DNA of 64,000 bases from Dehalococcoidia bacterium (GCA_963663235.2 CAXXNO010000012.1:352001-416000), one strand, 5' to 3'; shown: positions 37,684 to 49,096, counted from the stretch's first letter. The notes: generated by a model not told the origin, from the letters alone. A program made the numbers and translations.

Positions 37684-38085
37684 ATGACGAGTTACAGTGC
37701 GGGCGTAGACCTCATCACCATCAGCCGCATCCGCGACGTGCTGGAACGACACGGTGATCGCTTCCTGCAGCGGGTCTACACTCGGCGCGAGATCGATTAC
37801 TGCGGCGGCCGCGTCCACGAGCTCGCCGCGCGCTTCGCGGCCAAAGAGGCAGTCATGAAAGCGCTCGGCACCGGCGTGCGCGGTGTCGGCTGGCGCGAGA
37901 TCGAGATCCTAGCCAACGGCCGCGGAAAGCCGCAGGTGCTGCTACACCGTCGGGCCCTCGCGCGCGCAAACCGCCTCGGCCTGGAAGCGCTTGAAATCAG
38001 CCTCACTCACGAGGGCGGCCTCGCCTGCGCCATGGTCGTAGGAGCGTCAAGCGAGTCGACGGCCGGCCGCCGGGAACAGTCGTGA
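37684..38085 (+). CDS. acpS: Holo-ACP synthase
   Basis: GVDL, ARFAAKEAVMKALGTG, ISLTHE. Confidence 0.93.
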   Translation: MTSYSAGVDLITISRIRDVLERHGDRFLQRVYTRREIDYCGGRVHELAARFAAKEAVMKALGTGVRGVGWREIEILANGRGKPQVLLHRRALARANRLGLEALEISLTHEGGLACAMVVGASSESTAGRREQS

Positions 38086-39719
38086 AACTGGTGACCAGCG
38101 CCCAAATGCGCGATCTGGAGGCTGGGGCAAGGGCCGCAGGCGTCGACATGGACACCCTGATGGCCAACGCCGGGCTGGCCGTTGCGCAAGAGGCCTGGAT
38201 GCAACTCGGCCAGGTCGCGGAGCGGAGGATCCTTGTTCTCGTGGGCCCGGGCAACAACGGCGGTGACGGCCTGGTGGCGGCCCGCCATCTCGCCGAATGG
38301 CAGGGTGCCGTGCGTTGCTATGCCCTCACGCCCCGCGACGACCCCCAGTGGCAGGCGACGGTCGAGGCAGGGCTCTCCTGCACAGACGCCGCCAGCGACA
38401 GCGGCTTCGCCACGCTGGAGGCGTGGCTCGACGACGCCGAACTGGTGATCGACGCGCTGCTGGGCACGGGCCACGCCCGCCCCATCGCTGGCGACCTGGC
38501 CGAGATTCTCAGCCGCCTGGCGCAGACCCGGGCGCGGCCCAGCGGCCCCAAACTGGTGGCTGTCGACCTCCCCACCGGCCTCGACGCCGACAGCGGCCGC
38601 GTGGACCCACTCGCCGTCGAGCCGGACGAGACCGTGACCTTCCAAGTGGCCAAGCTCGGGCTCTATACGCAACCGGGCGCTGCCGTCGCGGGGTCGCTGG
38701 AGGTGGTTGATATCGGAATCCCGCCGGAGCTGGGGCTCGACCTCCCGATCGAGCTCCTGGAACGACGGCAGGCCAAAACGCTTCTGCCCTCGCGCCCCGC
38801 CGACGCCAACAAGGGGACGTTCGGACGCGTGTTGGTCGTCGCCGGCTCACGCCAGTACCCGGGCGCCGCGATTCTTGCGGCGTCGGCCGCGTACCGCGTG
38901 GGGGCGGGGCTGGTCACGCTGGCGACGCCGGCGTCGCTGATCCGCGGCGTCGTTGCGGCGATGCCGGAGGTTACCTACCTTCCCTTGCCCGAGCCGGCCG
39001 GGGGCGGCGTTCCCGATGTCGAGTCGCTGTTTCCGATCACGCAAGCCCTGCCGGACTACGACGCTTTGGTGGTCGGCTGCGGCCTGGGGCTTGATCCGGT
39101 CACCCAGGTATTCGTGCGCACCCTGCTCCGGCATACGGCACTGCGTGATCTGAAAGGGATCGTGGTCGATGCCGACGGACTCAACGCCCTGGCAGGAACC
39201 GAGTGGTCCAGCCAGATCGCCGCGCCTTTCGTGGTCACCCCCCACCCGGGCGAGATGGCCCGCCTGGCCGAGAGCGACGTGGCGGCGGTGCAGAGCGCCC
39301 GCGTGGACGTTGCGCTGGCGCGCGCGGCGGAGTGGAGAGGGACGGTGGTGCTCAAGGGAGCCAATACGGTTGTCGCTTCACGGGACGGCCGCGCTCGGGT
39401 GAGCGAAGTGGCGCACGCCGGCCTCGCTACGGCCGGCACGGGCGACGTGCTCTCGGGGGCCATCGGCGGTCTGCTGGCGCAGGGGCTGCCTCCATTCGAC
39501 GCCGCGTCGCTGGCGGTGTACCTGCACGGCGACGCCGGCGTGCGTGCCGGCGCCACAATGGGGACCGCAGGGATGCGTGCCGGGGATGTGCTGGCACAGC
39601 TGCCACTGGCGGGACGCTCGCTGGCGGGAGAGGATCGACCGGAGAGCAGCCGATTCAGCTTCGGGCCGCTGTCGACGGGAGGGACAGAGGTGGGGCACAA
39701 TCCAGAGGATGCGGGGTGA
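38082..39719 (+). CDS. nnr: Bifunctional NAD(P)H-hydrate epimerase/dehydratase
   Basis: GPGNNGGDG, DALLGTG, TPHPGEM, AGTGDVL. Confidence 0.92.
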   Translation: MKLVTSAQMRDLEAGARAAGVDMDTLMANAGLAVAQEAWMQLGQVAERRILVLVGPGNNGGDGLVAARHLAEWQGAVRCYALTPRDDPQWQATVEAGLSCTDAASDSGFATLEAWLDDAELVIDALLGTGHARPIAGDLAEILSRLAQTRARPSGPKLVAVDLPTGLDADSGRVDPLAVEPDETVTFQVAKLGLYTQPGAAVAGSLEVVDIGIPPELGLDLPIELLERRQAKTLLPSRPADANKGTFGRVLVVAGSRQYPGAAILAASAAYRVGAGLVTLATPASLIRGVVAAMPEVTYLPLPEPAGGGVPDVESLFPITQALPDYDALVVGCGLGLDPVTQVFVRTLLRHTALRDLKGIVVDADGLNALAGTEWSSQIAAPFVVTPHPGEMARLAESDVAAVQSARVDVALARAAEWRGTVVLKGANTVVASRDGRARVSEVAHAGLATAGTGDVLSGAIGGLLAQGLPPFDAASLAVYLHGDAGVRAGATMGTAGMRAGDVLAQLPLAGRSLAGEDRPESSRFSFGPLSTGGTEVGHNPEDAG

Positions 39720-39804
39720 TCCGAGGCGATCCTGGAACCCTGACGTTCGTTACGATACTTGGCAAGCCTGACCCAGCACGTGCACCGACGAGGACGAGCC
39801 CACA

Positions 39805-41058
39805 GTGACAGAACCCAACGGGCAGCGAGTTGTGGTCACGGGCATGGGAGCGCTCACTCCCGTTGGCATCGGCGTGCCTGCGACGTGGGAAGCGCTCCTG
39901 GCCGGGAATAGCGGGATCGGCCATATCTCGCTGTTCGACCCCAGTCGCGTCAAGGTGAAGATCGCCGGCGAAGTGCCGGACTTTGATCCAGAGCGCTACA
40001 TGTCCCGCAAACAGGCCCGGCGTCTGGACCGCTTCGCCCAGTTGGCCGTGGCGGCGGCGCTGGAAGCGCGGGACGACGCGGGGCTGGTCATCGACGACCG
40101 CAACGCCGAGGAGGTGGGGGTCATGGTGGGCAGCGGCATCGGCGGCGTCATGACCATGGAGAACGGCATCCACGACCTCTTTCACAAGGGGCCGGACCGG
40201 CTCAGCCCCTTCATCGTGACGATGATGCTGCCGAACATGGCCAGCGGGCAAGTCAGCATATTCCTCCGAGCGCGCGGCCCGAACCTGGCGACCACGAGCG
40301 CGTGCTCCAGCGGGTCCGACGCTATCGGCGTGGCCGCGGCCACTATCCGCCGGGGTGACGCTTCCGTCATCTTGGCCGGAGGCGCGGAGGCGCCGATCTG
40401 CGAGATCGGCATCGGGGGCTTCCACGCCGTCCGAGCGCTCTCCACCCACAACGCAGAGCCGCGCAAGGCGTCCCGCCCGTTCGACTTGCACCGTGACGGC
40501 TTCGTCATGGGCGAAGGCGCTGGCGTGCTCGTCCTGGAAGATGCCGAGCACGCACAGGATCGCGGCGCCCGCATCCTGGCCGAGCTCGTCGGGTACCACA
40601 ACGTCAGCGACGCGTACCACATCACGCAGCCCGCAGAAGACAGCGGCGGCAGCGTCCGCGCCATGGCCGGCGCTATCGCCCGTGCGGGGCTGGAGCCCAG
40701 CGAAATCGACTACATCAATGCGCACGGCACTTCCACTCCGATCAACGACCGCAACGAGACCGTTGCGATCAAGGCGGTCTTTGGCGAGGCGGCATACGAT
40801 ATCCCCGTCTCCTCGACTAAATCGATGATCGGGCACCTCATGGGCGCGACCGGCGCCATCGAGGCCATCGCGTGCATCAAGTCCATCAACGAGGGAATCG
40901 TGCACCCCACCATCAACCTGGAGACGCCTGATCCGGATTGCGACCTCGACTACGTGCCCAACACCGCGCGTCGAGTCAACGTGGACGTGGCGCTCAGCAA
41001 CTCGATGGGTTTTGGCGGGCACAACGCGTGTCTCGTGCTCAAACGCTGGGAGCCGTAG
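39805..41058 (+). CDS. fabF: 3-oxoacyl-ACP synthase II
   Basis: SACSS, NAHGTST, KSMIGH, GFGGHN. Confidence 0.95.
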   Translation: MTEPNGQRVVVTGMGALTPVGIGVPATWEALLAGNSGIGHISLFDPSRVKVKIAGEVPDFDPERYMSRKQARRLDRFAQLAVAAALEARDDAGLVIDDRNAEEVGVMVGSGIGGVMTMENGIHDLFHKGPDRLSPFIVTMMLPNMASGQVSIFLRARGPNLATTSACSSGSDAIGVAAATIRRGDASVILAGGAEAPICEIGIGGFHAVRALSTHNAEPRKASRPFDLHRDGFVMGEGAGVLVLEDAEHAQDRGARILAELVGYHNVSDAYHITQPAEDSGGSVRAMAGAIARAGLEPSEIDYINAHGTSTPINDRNETVAIKAVFGEAAYDIPVSSTKSMIGHLMGATGAIEAIACIKSINEGIVHPTINLETPDPDCDLDYVPNTARRVNVDVALSNSMGFGGHNACLVLKRWEP

Positions 41059-41064
41059 CGCACG

Positions 41065-42795
41065 ATGGTGCGCATCCGCACCGATAGCGCCCGCGGGCGG
41101 CGCTGGATCATCCCCGAACCGCACGAACACTGCCCCATTCCGAACACGGCGTACCCCGATTTCGTCACCACACTGCTGCGGCGCAGGGGTATCGAGAGTG
41201 CGGATGAAGCAGCGCAGTTCCTCTTCGACACCCCGGCCGCGCGGCCGGACCCCCTCCTCCTCCCCGGCGCACCCGCCGCCCTGGATCGCATCGAGCGGGC
41301 GATCGTCGGGAACGAAGGGATCGCGGTCTACGGTGACTTCGATGTGGACGGCGTCACTTCCTCGGTGATCCTCACCGAGGCGATCCGCGCGCTGGGCGGT
41401 CGGGTCACGCCCTACATCCCCGATCGGTTCACGGAAGGGTACGGTGTGCACCGCGATGCCTTGACGCGGCTCAGGCGCGATCACGGCATCAGCCTGGTGA
41501 TCACGGTGGACTGCGGGCTGTCATCGTGGGCCGAGGTGGATGACGCCAATGCGCAGGGGCAAGACGTCATCGTGGTCGACCACCACACCATCCCCGATCG
41601 GCTGCCGGCCGCTCACGCGATCGTGCATCCCGGGCTTGGAGAGGGCACCTATCCCTACCGCGAGCTCTCCGCCGGCGGCTTGGCCTATCGGCTGGCCCCC
41701 GCCATGATGGAGCGCTTCGGACGGGCGGTGGAGCCGGATCGCTGGCTGGACCTGGCGACGCTCAGCACCGTGGCGGACGTGGTGCCGCTCACGGGCGAGA
41801 ACCGGTGGATCGTGCGCGATGGGTTGAACGCGATCCGCCACACGTCGCGCGCGGGACTGCGCGCTCTCCTTGACGTCGCCGCGTTGGGGTCCAAAGCGCT
41901 CGACGTGGAGGCCATCGCGTTCGCGCTGGCGCCCCGGCTGAACGCGGCCGGGCGTCTGGAGCACGCCATGCGGGCCTTCGATCTGCTGATCGAAACGGAT
42001 CCCGATCGCGCCGCCGATCAGGCTGCCGCGCTGGACCGGCTGAACCTTCGCCGCCGCCAGATGACGCTGGACGCGATGGAGCGAGCCAACGCCCTGCTGG
42101 CCAACGAAGAACCAGACGCGCCCCTCACCTTCCTCGGCGACGCTGCCATCCCGCAAGGGATCACCGGGCTGGTCGCGGGCCGCATGGCCGAAGAGCGCTA
42201 CCGACCGGCAGTGATTTACGAAGAGGGGCCTGAATTCATCCGCGCCTCCTGTCGCTCTATTCCGGAGTTTGATGTGGCGGAGGCGCTGCGCGACTGCGCC
42301 GACCTGCTGGAGCGGTACGGGGGACATCGGGCGGCAGCCGGATTTACAGCGCGGACCAGCGTCATCCCTGAGCTGAAGGAGCGCCTCGCGGCGATCGCCG
42401 GCGAGCGACTGAGTCAGGTACCGCTGCAACCGCAGATCGTGGTGGACGGGCAGGTGCCGCTCGCCTCATTACAGGGCACGCAAGTGGCATGGTTGGCCCG
42501 CCTGGCTCCCTTCGGCGCGGGCAACCCCGCGCCGACTTTCGTGAGCGCGAACGTCGGCCTGGCGGACGCGCGCCGGGTAGGGAACGGGGGCGAGCATCTG
42601 CGCCTCACCCTGCGCGACGGCGATGCGATCTGGCCGGGCATCGGCTTTCGGCTGGGGAAGTGCCCGGCCGCCGTTGGTGATCGCGTGGACGTGGTCTGGT
42701 CCCTGCGGCACGCTGGGCTATCCGGGGGCAACGAGATGGAGCTCGAAATCCAGGACCTGGCACCCGCCTCGGCGCCGTCTCTCCCGCCGACGTAG
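41065..42795 (+). CDS. recJ: ssDNA exonuclease RecJ
   Basis: YGDFDVDG, TVDCG, DHH, PRLNAAGR, GGHRAAAG. Confidence 0.93.
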   Translation: MVRIRTDSARGRRWIIPEPHEHCPIPNTAYPDFVTTLLRRRGIESADEAAQFLFDTPAARPDPLLLPGAPAALDRIERAIVGNEGIAVYGDFDVDGVTSSVILTEAIRALGGRVTPYIPDRFTEGYGVHRDALTRLRRDHGISLVITVDCGLSSWAEVDDANAQGQDVIVVDHHTIPDRLPAAHAIVHPGLGEGTYPYRELSAGGLAYRLAPAMMERFGRAVEPDRWLDLATLSTVADVVPLTGENRWIVRDGLNAIRHTSRAGLRALLDVAALGSKALDVEAIAFALAPRLNAAGRLEHAMRAFDLLIETDPDRAADQAAALDRLNLRRRQMTLDAMERANALLANEEPDAPLTFLGDAAIPQGITGLVAGRMAEERYRPAVIYEEGPEFIRASCRSIPEFDVAEALRDCADLLERYGGHRAAAGFTARTSVIPELKERLAAIAGERLSQVPLQPQIVVDGQVPLASLQGTQVAWLARLAPFGAGNPAPTFVSANVGLADARRVGNGGEHLRLTLRDGDAIWPGIGFRLGKCPAAVGDRVDVVWSLRHAGLSGGNEMELEIQDLAPASAPSLPPT

Positions 42796-42855
42796 CGATT
42801 TCGCTACACTGCCCCTCGCCACGGCGCTGCCCGGTCTGGGAGTTCGGGAGGTCGC

Positions 42856-44928
42856 ATGCCGATCGTCGATCCCGCGCAGATCCGCAATCTGGTGCTGATG
42901 TCGCACGGAGGTGCGGGCAAGACCTCGCTGGTAGAGGCGCTGGCGTTCGCCGCGGGAGCCACGAACCGGCAGGGCCGCGTCGAAGATGGCAACACCGTTG
43001 CGGACTTTGACCCGGACGAGCAGAAGCGCAGCATGAGCGTGAACGTGGCGGTGGTTTCGTTCGATCATGGCGGCCGCCGCATCAACCTGATCGACACCCC
43101 GGGCTACGCGGATTTCATCGGCGAGGTGAAGGCCGGCGCGCGCGCCGCCGACGTCGCTCTGATCGTTGTGGACGCGACCGCTGGGGTGCAGGTCGGGACC
43201 GAGACGGCGTGGGAGATCGCCGACGAGCGGTCCGTGCCCCGGATCGTCGTAGTCAACCGCATCGACCGCGAGAACGCCAACTGGGATGCGACGGTGGCAT
43301 CGATTCAGGAAACACTCGGAGCGCAGTGCGTGCCCTTGCATCTGCCGATCGGGAGCGAGGCGAGCTTCGAAGGGTTGGTCGACGTGATGCGCGGCGAGGC
43401 CTTCCGCAGTGACGGGGCGAAGCCCTCGGACACACCGGCTGACCTTGAGAGCGCGGTCGCGGCCGCCCGCGATTCGCTGATCGAGCGGATTGCCGAGGCG
43501 GACGACGACCTGACGATGAAGTACCTCGAAGGCGAAGAGCTCACCGCCGACGAGATCCGCAGCGGCCTCAAGCAGGCCATCCTGGCCGGCACGCTGGTCC
43601 CGATCGTGGTGACGTCTGCGACGAACAACATCGGGACGCTGCCGCTCCTCCGTCTGATCGGCGACGACGCGCCCTCACCCGTCGACATCGGGGCCGTCAA
43701 GGCCCTGCGTGATGGCGAGGAAGTCGAGATCGCTGTTGACCCGGCCGCTCCGCCCGCTGCCCTGATCTTCAAGACCAGCGCCGACGAGTTCGTCGGTCGG
43801 CTTACCTACGTGCGCGTGTACAGCGGCACCGTCACGGGCGATGCACCGCTCTGGAACACCCAAAAGAGCGAGACCGAACGGCTCAGCAATCTATCGCACG
43901 TCTTCGGCAAGGAGCTGAAGCCAGTCGATGCCCTAGGGCCCGGCGACATCGGCACCGTCACCAAGCTCAGCGTCTCGACCACGTTCGACACGCTCTGCGA
44001 CAAGAACCACCCCGTGACCTTGCCAGCCCCCTCGCTACCGGAACCGGTCTTCGCCGCGGCCATCCATCCTGAGTCCAAGGCGGATGTCGACAAGCTCGGC
44101 CCCAGCCTGCAACGGCTGATGGAGGAGGACCCCACGCTGCGCGTCGATCGCGAAGCGGATACCGGCGAGACGATCCTCAGCGGGTTGGGAGAGTCTCACG
44201 TGGAGCTGGCCGCGGATAAGCTGCGTCGCAAGTTCAAGGTCGCGGTGCAGATCACCGAGCGTCGGATCCCGTATCGCGAAACCATCACCAGCACGGCGGA
44301 GGCGGAGTACCTGCACAAGAAGCAGACCGGCGGCCACGGCCAGTACGCCCGCGTGGCGCTGCGCGTGGAACCGCGAGGCCGCGGCGAGGGCTTCGAGTTC
44401 GCCCAGAAGATCGTGGGCGGCGCCGTGCCGCGCAACTACATCCCCGCGGTCGAGAAGGGCGTGCAGGAGGTGCTACCCGGCGGCGTCCTGGCGCACTACC
44501 CGCTGACCGACCTCAAGGTCACCCTCTACGACGGCAGGCATCACGACGTGGACTCCAGCGACATGGCCTTCAAGATGGCAGGGAGCCAGGCGCTCAAGGG
44601 GGCGACACAGAAAGCCCACCCCATCCTGCTCGAGCCGATCATGGCCTTGCGCATCATCGTGCCGGACACCGCCACCGGCGACGTCATGAGCGACCTCAAT
44701 TCCCGGCGCGCCCGCGTGCAAGGCATGGAGCCGAGCGGCACGGGCAACACGACCATTGTGGCGGAGGGGCCTATGGCCGAATTCCGCCGCTACGCCACAG
44801 AGCTGCGCTCCATCACCGGAGGCCGCGGCAGCTTCCGCGCCACGTTCGAGCGCTACGAGCCGGTGCCGGAGCACGTCGCCAAGAAGGTGATCGAAAAGGC
44901 GCAGGCGGCCGCCGAAGAGACCCACTAG
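42856..44928 (+). CDS. fusA: Elongation factor G-like protein (EF-G2 type)
   Basis: HGGAGKTS, DTPGYADF, KKQTGGHGQY, HDVDSS; RSMSV replaces RGITI. Confidence 0.85.
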   Translation: MPIVDPAQIRNLVLMSHGGAGKTSLVEALAFAAGATNRQGRVEDGNTVADFDPDEQKRSMSVNVAVVSFDHGGRRINLIDTPGYADFIGEVKAGARAADVALIVVDATAGVQVGTETAWEIADERSVPRIVVVNRIDRENANWDATVASIQETLGAQCVPLHLPIGSEASFEGLVDVMRGEAFRSDGAKPSDTPADLESAVAAARDSLIERIAEADDDLTMKYLEGEELTADEIRSGLKQAILAGTLVPIVVTSATNNIGTLPLLRLIGDDAPSPVDIGAVKALRDGEEVEIAVDPAAPPAALIFKTSADEFVGRLTYVRVYSGTVTGDAPLWNTQKSETERLSNLSHVFGKELKPVDALGPGDIGTVTKLSVSTTFDTLCDKNHPVTLPAPSLPEPVFAAAIHPESKADVDKLGPSLQRLMEEDPTLRVDREADTGETILSGLGESHVELAADKLRRKFKVAVQITERRIPYRETITSTAEAEYLHKKQTGGHGQYARVALRVEPRGRGEGFEFAQKIVGGAVPRNYIPAVEKGVQEVLPGGVLAHYPLTDLKVTLYDGRHHDVDSSDMAFKMAGSQALKGATQKAHPILLEPIMALRIIVPDTATGDVMSDLNSRRARVQGMEPSGTGNTTIVAEGPMAEFRRYATELRSITGGRGSFRATFERYEPVPEHVAKKVIEKAQAAAEETH

Positions 44929-46178
44929 CGCCCCACCACGCGCAGCCATCGGCGCTTCCCGACTTTCAGCACCCCCCCGGGCGTCACGGCAACCTGCGGT
45001 GTCTTGACGCGCACGCCGTCAAGCTCAACGCCGCCCTGCGCGAGCAGCCGCTTGACTTCGCTCCTGCTCTGGACCACACCGGCGCTCGTAAGCAACTCGA
45101 CTAGGTCCACACGAGCGTGGCCGTCTGGGAACGCCAGCGCCACCTCCGGCATCTCCTCTGGGATTTCGCGCTGCGAGAAGACCCTCGCAAACTCATGGGC
45201 CGCGGCGTCGGCCGCCGCCACCCCGTGCCACTCCAACACAATGGCGTGGGCCAGCCGCTTCTTTGCCTCCATGGGATGCAGCGAGCGATCACCGAGCCCG
45301 GTCTCGATGCCGGCGACCTCTTCCGTGGGGAAGTTAGTGGCCAGCGTGAAGAACGTCCGCAGCGAGTCGTCCGGGATCGACATCGCCTTGCCGTACTGCT
45401 CGTCCGGTGGCTCGTTGATGCCGATGTGGTTGCCGGCGCTCTTTGACATGCGCGCCTTGCCGTCCAGCCCCACCAGGATGGGGAAGGTCACTATCACCTG
45501 GGGCGGCTGCCCCTGTGCGCGCTGGAGGATTCGACCGGCCATCAGGTTGAAGGTTTGATCCGTGCCGCCGATCTGCACGTCCGTCCGCAGAGCCACGGCG
45601 TCGTAGCCTTGCATCAGCCCGTACATGAATTCGTGCACGTAGACCGGGTCGCCGCGCTCTAGCCGTCGCCTGAACGTGTCCCGCTCAAGGAATTGGGCGA
45701 CCGTGAAGTGGCTGGCCAGCCGGATCACTTCGGCGAAGCTGAGCGCAGCCAACCACTCGCTGTTTCGCCGCACTTCGGTGCGCTCCGGGTCCAGCACCTT
45801 GAACGCCTGATCCTGATAGGTGCGGGCGTTGGCGTCCAACTCTTCGGCCGTCATCATTGGCCGGAGCGACTCCTTGTCCGACGGATCGCCCACCAGGCCG
45901 GTGAAGTCGCCGATCAGCAGGATCGCCTGGTGGCCGAGGTCGGAGAACGTGCGCAATTTGCGCAGTCCCACGCAATGCCCCAGGTGCAGGTCGGGCGCCG
46001 TCGGGTCGACGCCAAGGTAAACACGCAGCGGAGTCTCAGAGCGGACCGACTTCGCCAGCCGCTCGCGCAACTCCCGCTCCATCGTGGCGCGCGTCTCTGT
46101 ATCGCCGAATGCCGTGCCGCGCATGATCCGCGCGTGCTGGCGCTCAACCTCCTCGGCGATTGCGGTCTCGTCGCTCAT
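44925..46178 (-). CDS. tyrS: Tyrosine-tRNA ligase
   Basis: GVDPTAPDLHLGH, GGTDQTFN, RMSKS, S4 domain. Confidence 0.95.
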   Translation of the reverse strand: MSDETAIAEEVERQHARIMRGTAFGDTETRATMERELRERLAKSVRSETPLRVYLGVDPTAPDLHLGHCVGLRKLRTFSDLGHQAILLIGDFTGLVGDPSDKESLRPMMTAEELDANARTYQDQAFKVLDPERTEVRRNSEWLAALSFAEVIRLASHFTVAQFLERDTFRRRLERGDPVYVHEFMYGLMQGYDAVALRTDVQIGGTDQTFNLMAGRILQRAQGQPPQVIVTFPILVGLDGKARMSKSAGNHIGINEPPDEQYGKAMSIPDDSLRTFFTLATNFPTEEVAGIETGLGDRSLHPMEAKKRLAHAIVLEWHGVAAADAAAHEFARVFSQREIPEEMPEVALAFPDGHARVDLVELLTSAGVVQSRSEVKRLLAQGGVELDGVRVKTPQVAVTPGGVLKVGKRRWLRVVGR

Positions 46179-47107
46179 CGCGCCAGCATCTCTCGCGCGC
46201 CTTCGCAGTCTTTGTGCAGCTGCGCGACCAATGCGTCGATGCTTTCGAACTTCAGCTCCGAGCGCAGCCGGCAGTCCAGCTCGATCCGCAGGTCGCTGCC
46301 ATAGAGGTCACCGCTAAAGTCCAGGATGTGGCACTCCACGGAGAGCAGAGCGCTGTCGTCGAAGGTTGGGCGCACACCGATGTTCGTCACCGAAGGCAGC
46401 ACCCGATCCTCGACGTGAGCCAGCGTCGCGTAGACGCCGGTGGCGGGCAACGCGCGATCGGCGCCGACGGCGATGTTGGCTGTGGGCACCCCGATCGTCT
46501 GACCGCGCTCGAAGCCGCGGGTCACCGGGCCGTGCAGCGAGAAGCGCCGTCCCAGCAGGTCGTTGACCAGGGCGATGTCGCCGGCGGCGAGCGCGGCGCG
46601 GATGTCGCTCGAGGAGATCTGCGATGCGTCCTCACGCAGGAGCGCGACCGCGTCCACGGTGAAGCCGAAGCGGTCGCCCAACGCGCGCAAAGTCTCGATG
46701 TCGCCGCCACGCTTCCGCCCCAGGGCAAAGTCGGGGCCGATCACCAGTCGGGCCATCTGGAGCTCCGTGCACAGCAATTGCACGAAGTCCGTGGCGTCGG
46801 TCTGCGCAAGCTCGGACGTGAAGGTGAGAGGCGCCACGCAGTCGAAGCCTAATGCGAAGAGCAGATCCAGCCGGTCCTCCAGGCTGGTGATGTACTGGAT
46901 CTGGATCGCCGGATCCAGGACCTGGCGCGGATGGGGATGGAGCGTAACCACTCCCGCCGCCAGCCCGTCGGCCCGGGCCGCGGCGATCACCTGGCCCAAG
47001 ACGGCCTGATGCCCGCGATGCACACCGTCGAAGATTCCGACTGTGAGCGCCATCGGACGCTTCACGGACGCGCGTCGCAACTCTTCCCGCGCTAGCGCGG
47101 TGACCAC
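46175..47107 (-). CDS. ribF: Riboflavin kinase/FAD synthetase
   Basis: GIFDGVHRGH, ISSSDIR, GVPTAN, NIGVRPTF. Confidence 0.95.
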   Translation of the reverse strand: MVTALAREELRRASVKRPMALTVGIFDGVHRGHQAVLGQVIAAARADGLAAGVVTLHPHPRQVLDPAIQIQYITSLEDRLDLLFALGFDCVAPLTFTSELAQTDATDFVQLLCTELQMARLVIGPDFALGRKRGGDIETLRALGDRFGFTVDAVALLREDASQISSSDIRAALAAGDIALVNDLLGRRFSLHGPVTRGFERGQTIGVPTANIAVGADRALPATGVYATLAHVEDRVLPSVTNIGVRPTFDDSALLSVECHILDFSGDLYGSDLRIELDCRLRSELKFESIDALVAQLHKDCEGAREMLAR

Positions 47108-47185
47108 CGCAGCGCTCCTTCTCGGCAGCGAACAGGTCGCCCCCGCCAGCGCGGCCAGCGTACCACGGCGCAGCGTGGCAGCCGC

Positions 47186-47968
47186 TTAGAGGCCGCTCTC
47201 GGCGGGCGCAACATCGACAGCGGGGAGCGGTCGCTTGGCCTCGACGAGGATGTCTCCGTAGGTGTGGTCCTGGCGCATGTCGATGTCGCGCAACTTGTAC
47301 AGCTCTAGGATTGCCAGGAACGTCACAATCACTTCGATGCGCGTGCGCGCCTCCGCGATCCAGGCGCGGAACGAGACCAGAGGCCCATCGCTCAGCCGCC
47401 GGCGGAGGTCGGCGATCCGATCCTGCACCGTGACCGGTTCGCGATGGAGCGCCACCTCGGGCTGCCGGCGCGCCGGCGCCTCCGCACGGGTCAGCGCGTC
47501 GCGGACGATGGTGGCGAGCAAGTCCAGGGTGACGCTGTCCGGCAGCCCCTGCGGCGGCGGGATGTCGGAGGCCGCGACGGCGCGGGCCGGGAAGGCGCGC
47601 AGCCCGCTGGTGTCGATTGTGGACAGAACATCCACGGCATCGCGATACCGGCGGTACTCCTCCAGCATCTGCACCAACTCGCGGCCGACATCCTCGCCTT
47701 CATCGCCCTCATCGAAGAGTGGATCGATCTCCCGCGGGAGAAGCGCCCGCGACTTGAGCAGCATCAGGCGTGCGCCGATCACGATGAACTCGGCGAGCGA
47801 TTCGGCGTCGGCCGCGCCCTGGCGGGCCTTCATCTCTGCCACGCTCGCCAGGTACTGGTCCGCGACCTGCACCAGCGAAACCTGGGAGATGTCGAGTTCG
47901 CTCTTCTCGATCAGTTGCAGCAGGAGATCGAGGGGTCCTTCAAAGCCGGCTAGGTGCAACCGGAACAT
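47186..47968 (-). CDS. scpA: Segregation and condensation protein A
   Basis: FEGPLDLLLQLI, KSRALLP, VTFLAILEL. Confidence 0.93.
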   Translation of the reverse strand: MFRLHLAGFEGPLDLLLQLIEKSELDISQVSLVQVADQYLASVAEMKARQGAADAESLAEFIVIGARLMLLKSRALLPREIDPLFDEGDEGEDVGRELVQMLEEYRRYRDAVDVLSTIDTSGLRAFPARAVAASDIPPPQGLPDSVTLDLLATIVRDALTRAEAPARRQPEVALHREPVTVQDRIADLRRRLSDGPLVSFRAWIAEARTRIEVIVTFLAILELYKLRDIDMRQDHTYGDILVEAKRPLPAVDVAPAESGL

Positions 47969-48043
47969 CAGTCGCAGCGTACACGGCTCGTGCGCCCTGG
48001 GCAGCAGAGCGCACGGCTTATGTTCTCGCTACTGTGCCGTCCG

Positions 48044-49096
48044 TTAGATCGTGGAGGCGGAGGTCCGCTCCAGCTGCGGCGCCAACGGCCGCTTCACCGC
48101 CTGGGCGATCGGCTCCAGATTCCGCATCAGGGCGGCGAAGTTCTCGAACGTCAAGGATTGCGCCCCATCCGAGAGCGCGTGGTCCGGGTTCGGATGCACT
48201 TCCACCATGAGGCCGTCCGCGCCCACCGCCACCGAGGCCCGAGCCATCGGCTCGACGAGCTGCCAGCGCCCCGTGCCGTGGCTGGGGTCGCTGATGACCG
48301 GGAGGTGACTGAGCCGCTTCACCAGCGCGATGGCGGTCAAGTCCAGGGTGTTGCGCGTGGCCGTCTCGAAGGTGCGGATGCCACGCTCGCACAGGATCAC
48401 TTCGTGGTTGCCGTGGGCCATGATGTACTCGGCGGCCAGCAGCCACTCCTCAACCGTGCCGCTCATGCCGCGCTTGAGCATCACCGGCCGCCGCGTGCGG
48501 CCCGCTTCGTCCAGGAGGTTGAAGTTCTGCATGTTGCGCGCGCCGATCTGAAGGATGTCCGCGTAGCGCGCCACAAGATCGACGTCGGTGACAGACATCA
48601 CCTCGGTGATCACGGGCAGGCCCGTCTCTGCTCGCGCCGTCGCAAGGTGCTTCAACCCGTCCTCCCCCAGGCCGCGGAACGCGTAGGGTGACGTGCGCGG
48701 CTTGAACGCGCCTCCCCGCAAGATGTGAGCGCCCGCAGCGGCCACCGCCCGCGCCGTATTCACCAAGTGTTCTTCGCTCTCGACGCTGCAGGGCCCGGCC
48801 ATCACAACAAACGCGCCATCGCCGATGCGCACGCCACCCACCTCGATGATGGTGTCGCGTGGCTTGAACTCGCGACCGGCCAGTTTATACGGGCGGCTGA
48901 TCGGCACGACCGAGTCCACCCCCGGCATGGTGCCGATGGCGGTGCGGATCTCCGGGTCCACCACCCGGCCCACCGCGCCGATCACCGTTCGCTCTGCGCC
49001 CGTGGAGAGATGGCCTTGGAGGCTCGCCTCTTTCAGGCGTTCCAGGACGGCGCGGATCTGCTCCTCTCCGGCGGTCGATTGCATCACGACAAGCAT
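48044..49096 (-). CDS. aroF: DAHP synthase (class I-beta)
   Basis: [30 protein letters not shown]. Confidence 0.93.
   Translation of the reverse strand: MLVVMQSTAGEEQIRAVLERLKEASLQGHLSTGAERTVIGAVGRVVDPEIRTAIGTMPGVDSVVPISRPYKLAGREFKPRDTIIEVGGVRIGDGAFVVMAGPCSVESEEHLVNTARAVAAAGAHILRGGAFKPRTSPYAFRGLGEDGLKHLATARAETGLPVITEVMSVTDVDLVARYADILQIGARNMQNFNLLDEAGRTRRPVMLKRGMSGTVEEWLLAAEYIMAHGNHEVILCERGIRTFETATRNTLDLTAIALVKRLSHLPVISDPSHGTGRWQLVEPMARASVAVGADGLMVEVHPNPDHALSDGAQSLTFENFAALMRNLEPIAQAVKRPLAPQLERTSASTI

Noticed and set aside
42856-44928. EF-G-like gene as a tetracycline ribosomal protection protein or novel factor
   Set aside because: Its features fit the widespread stand-alone EF-G2 paralogue
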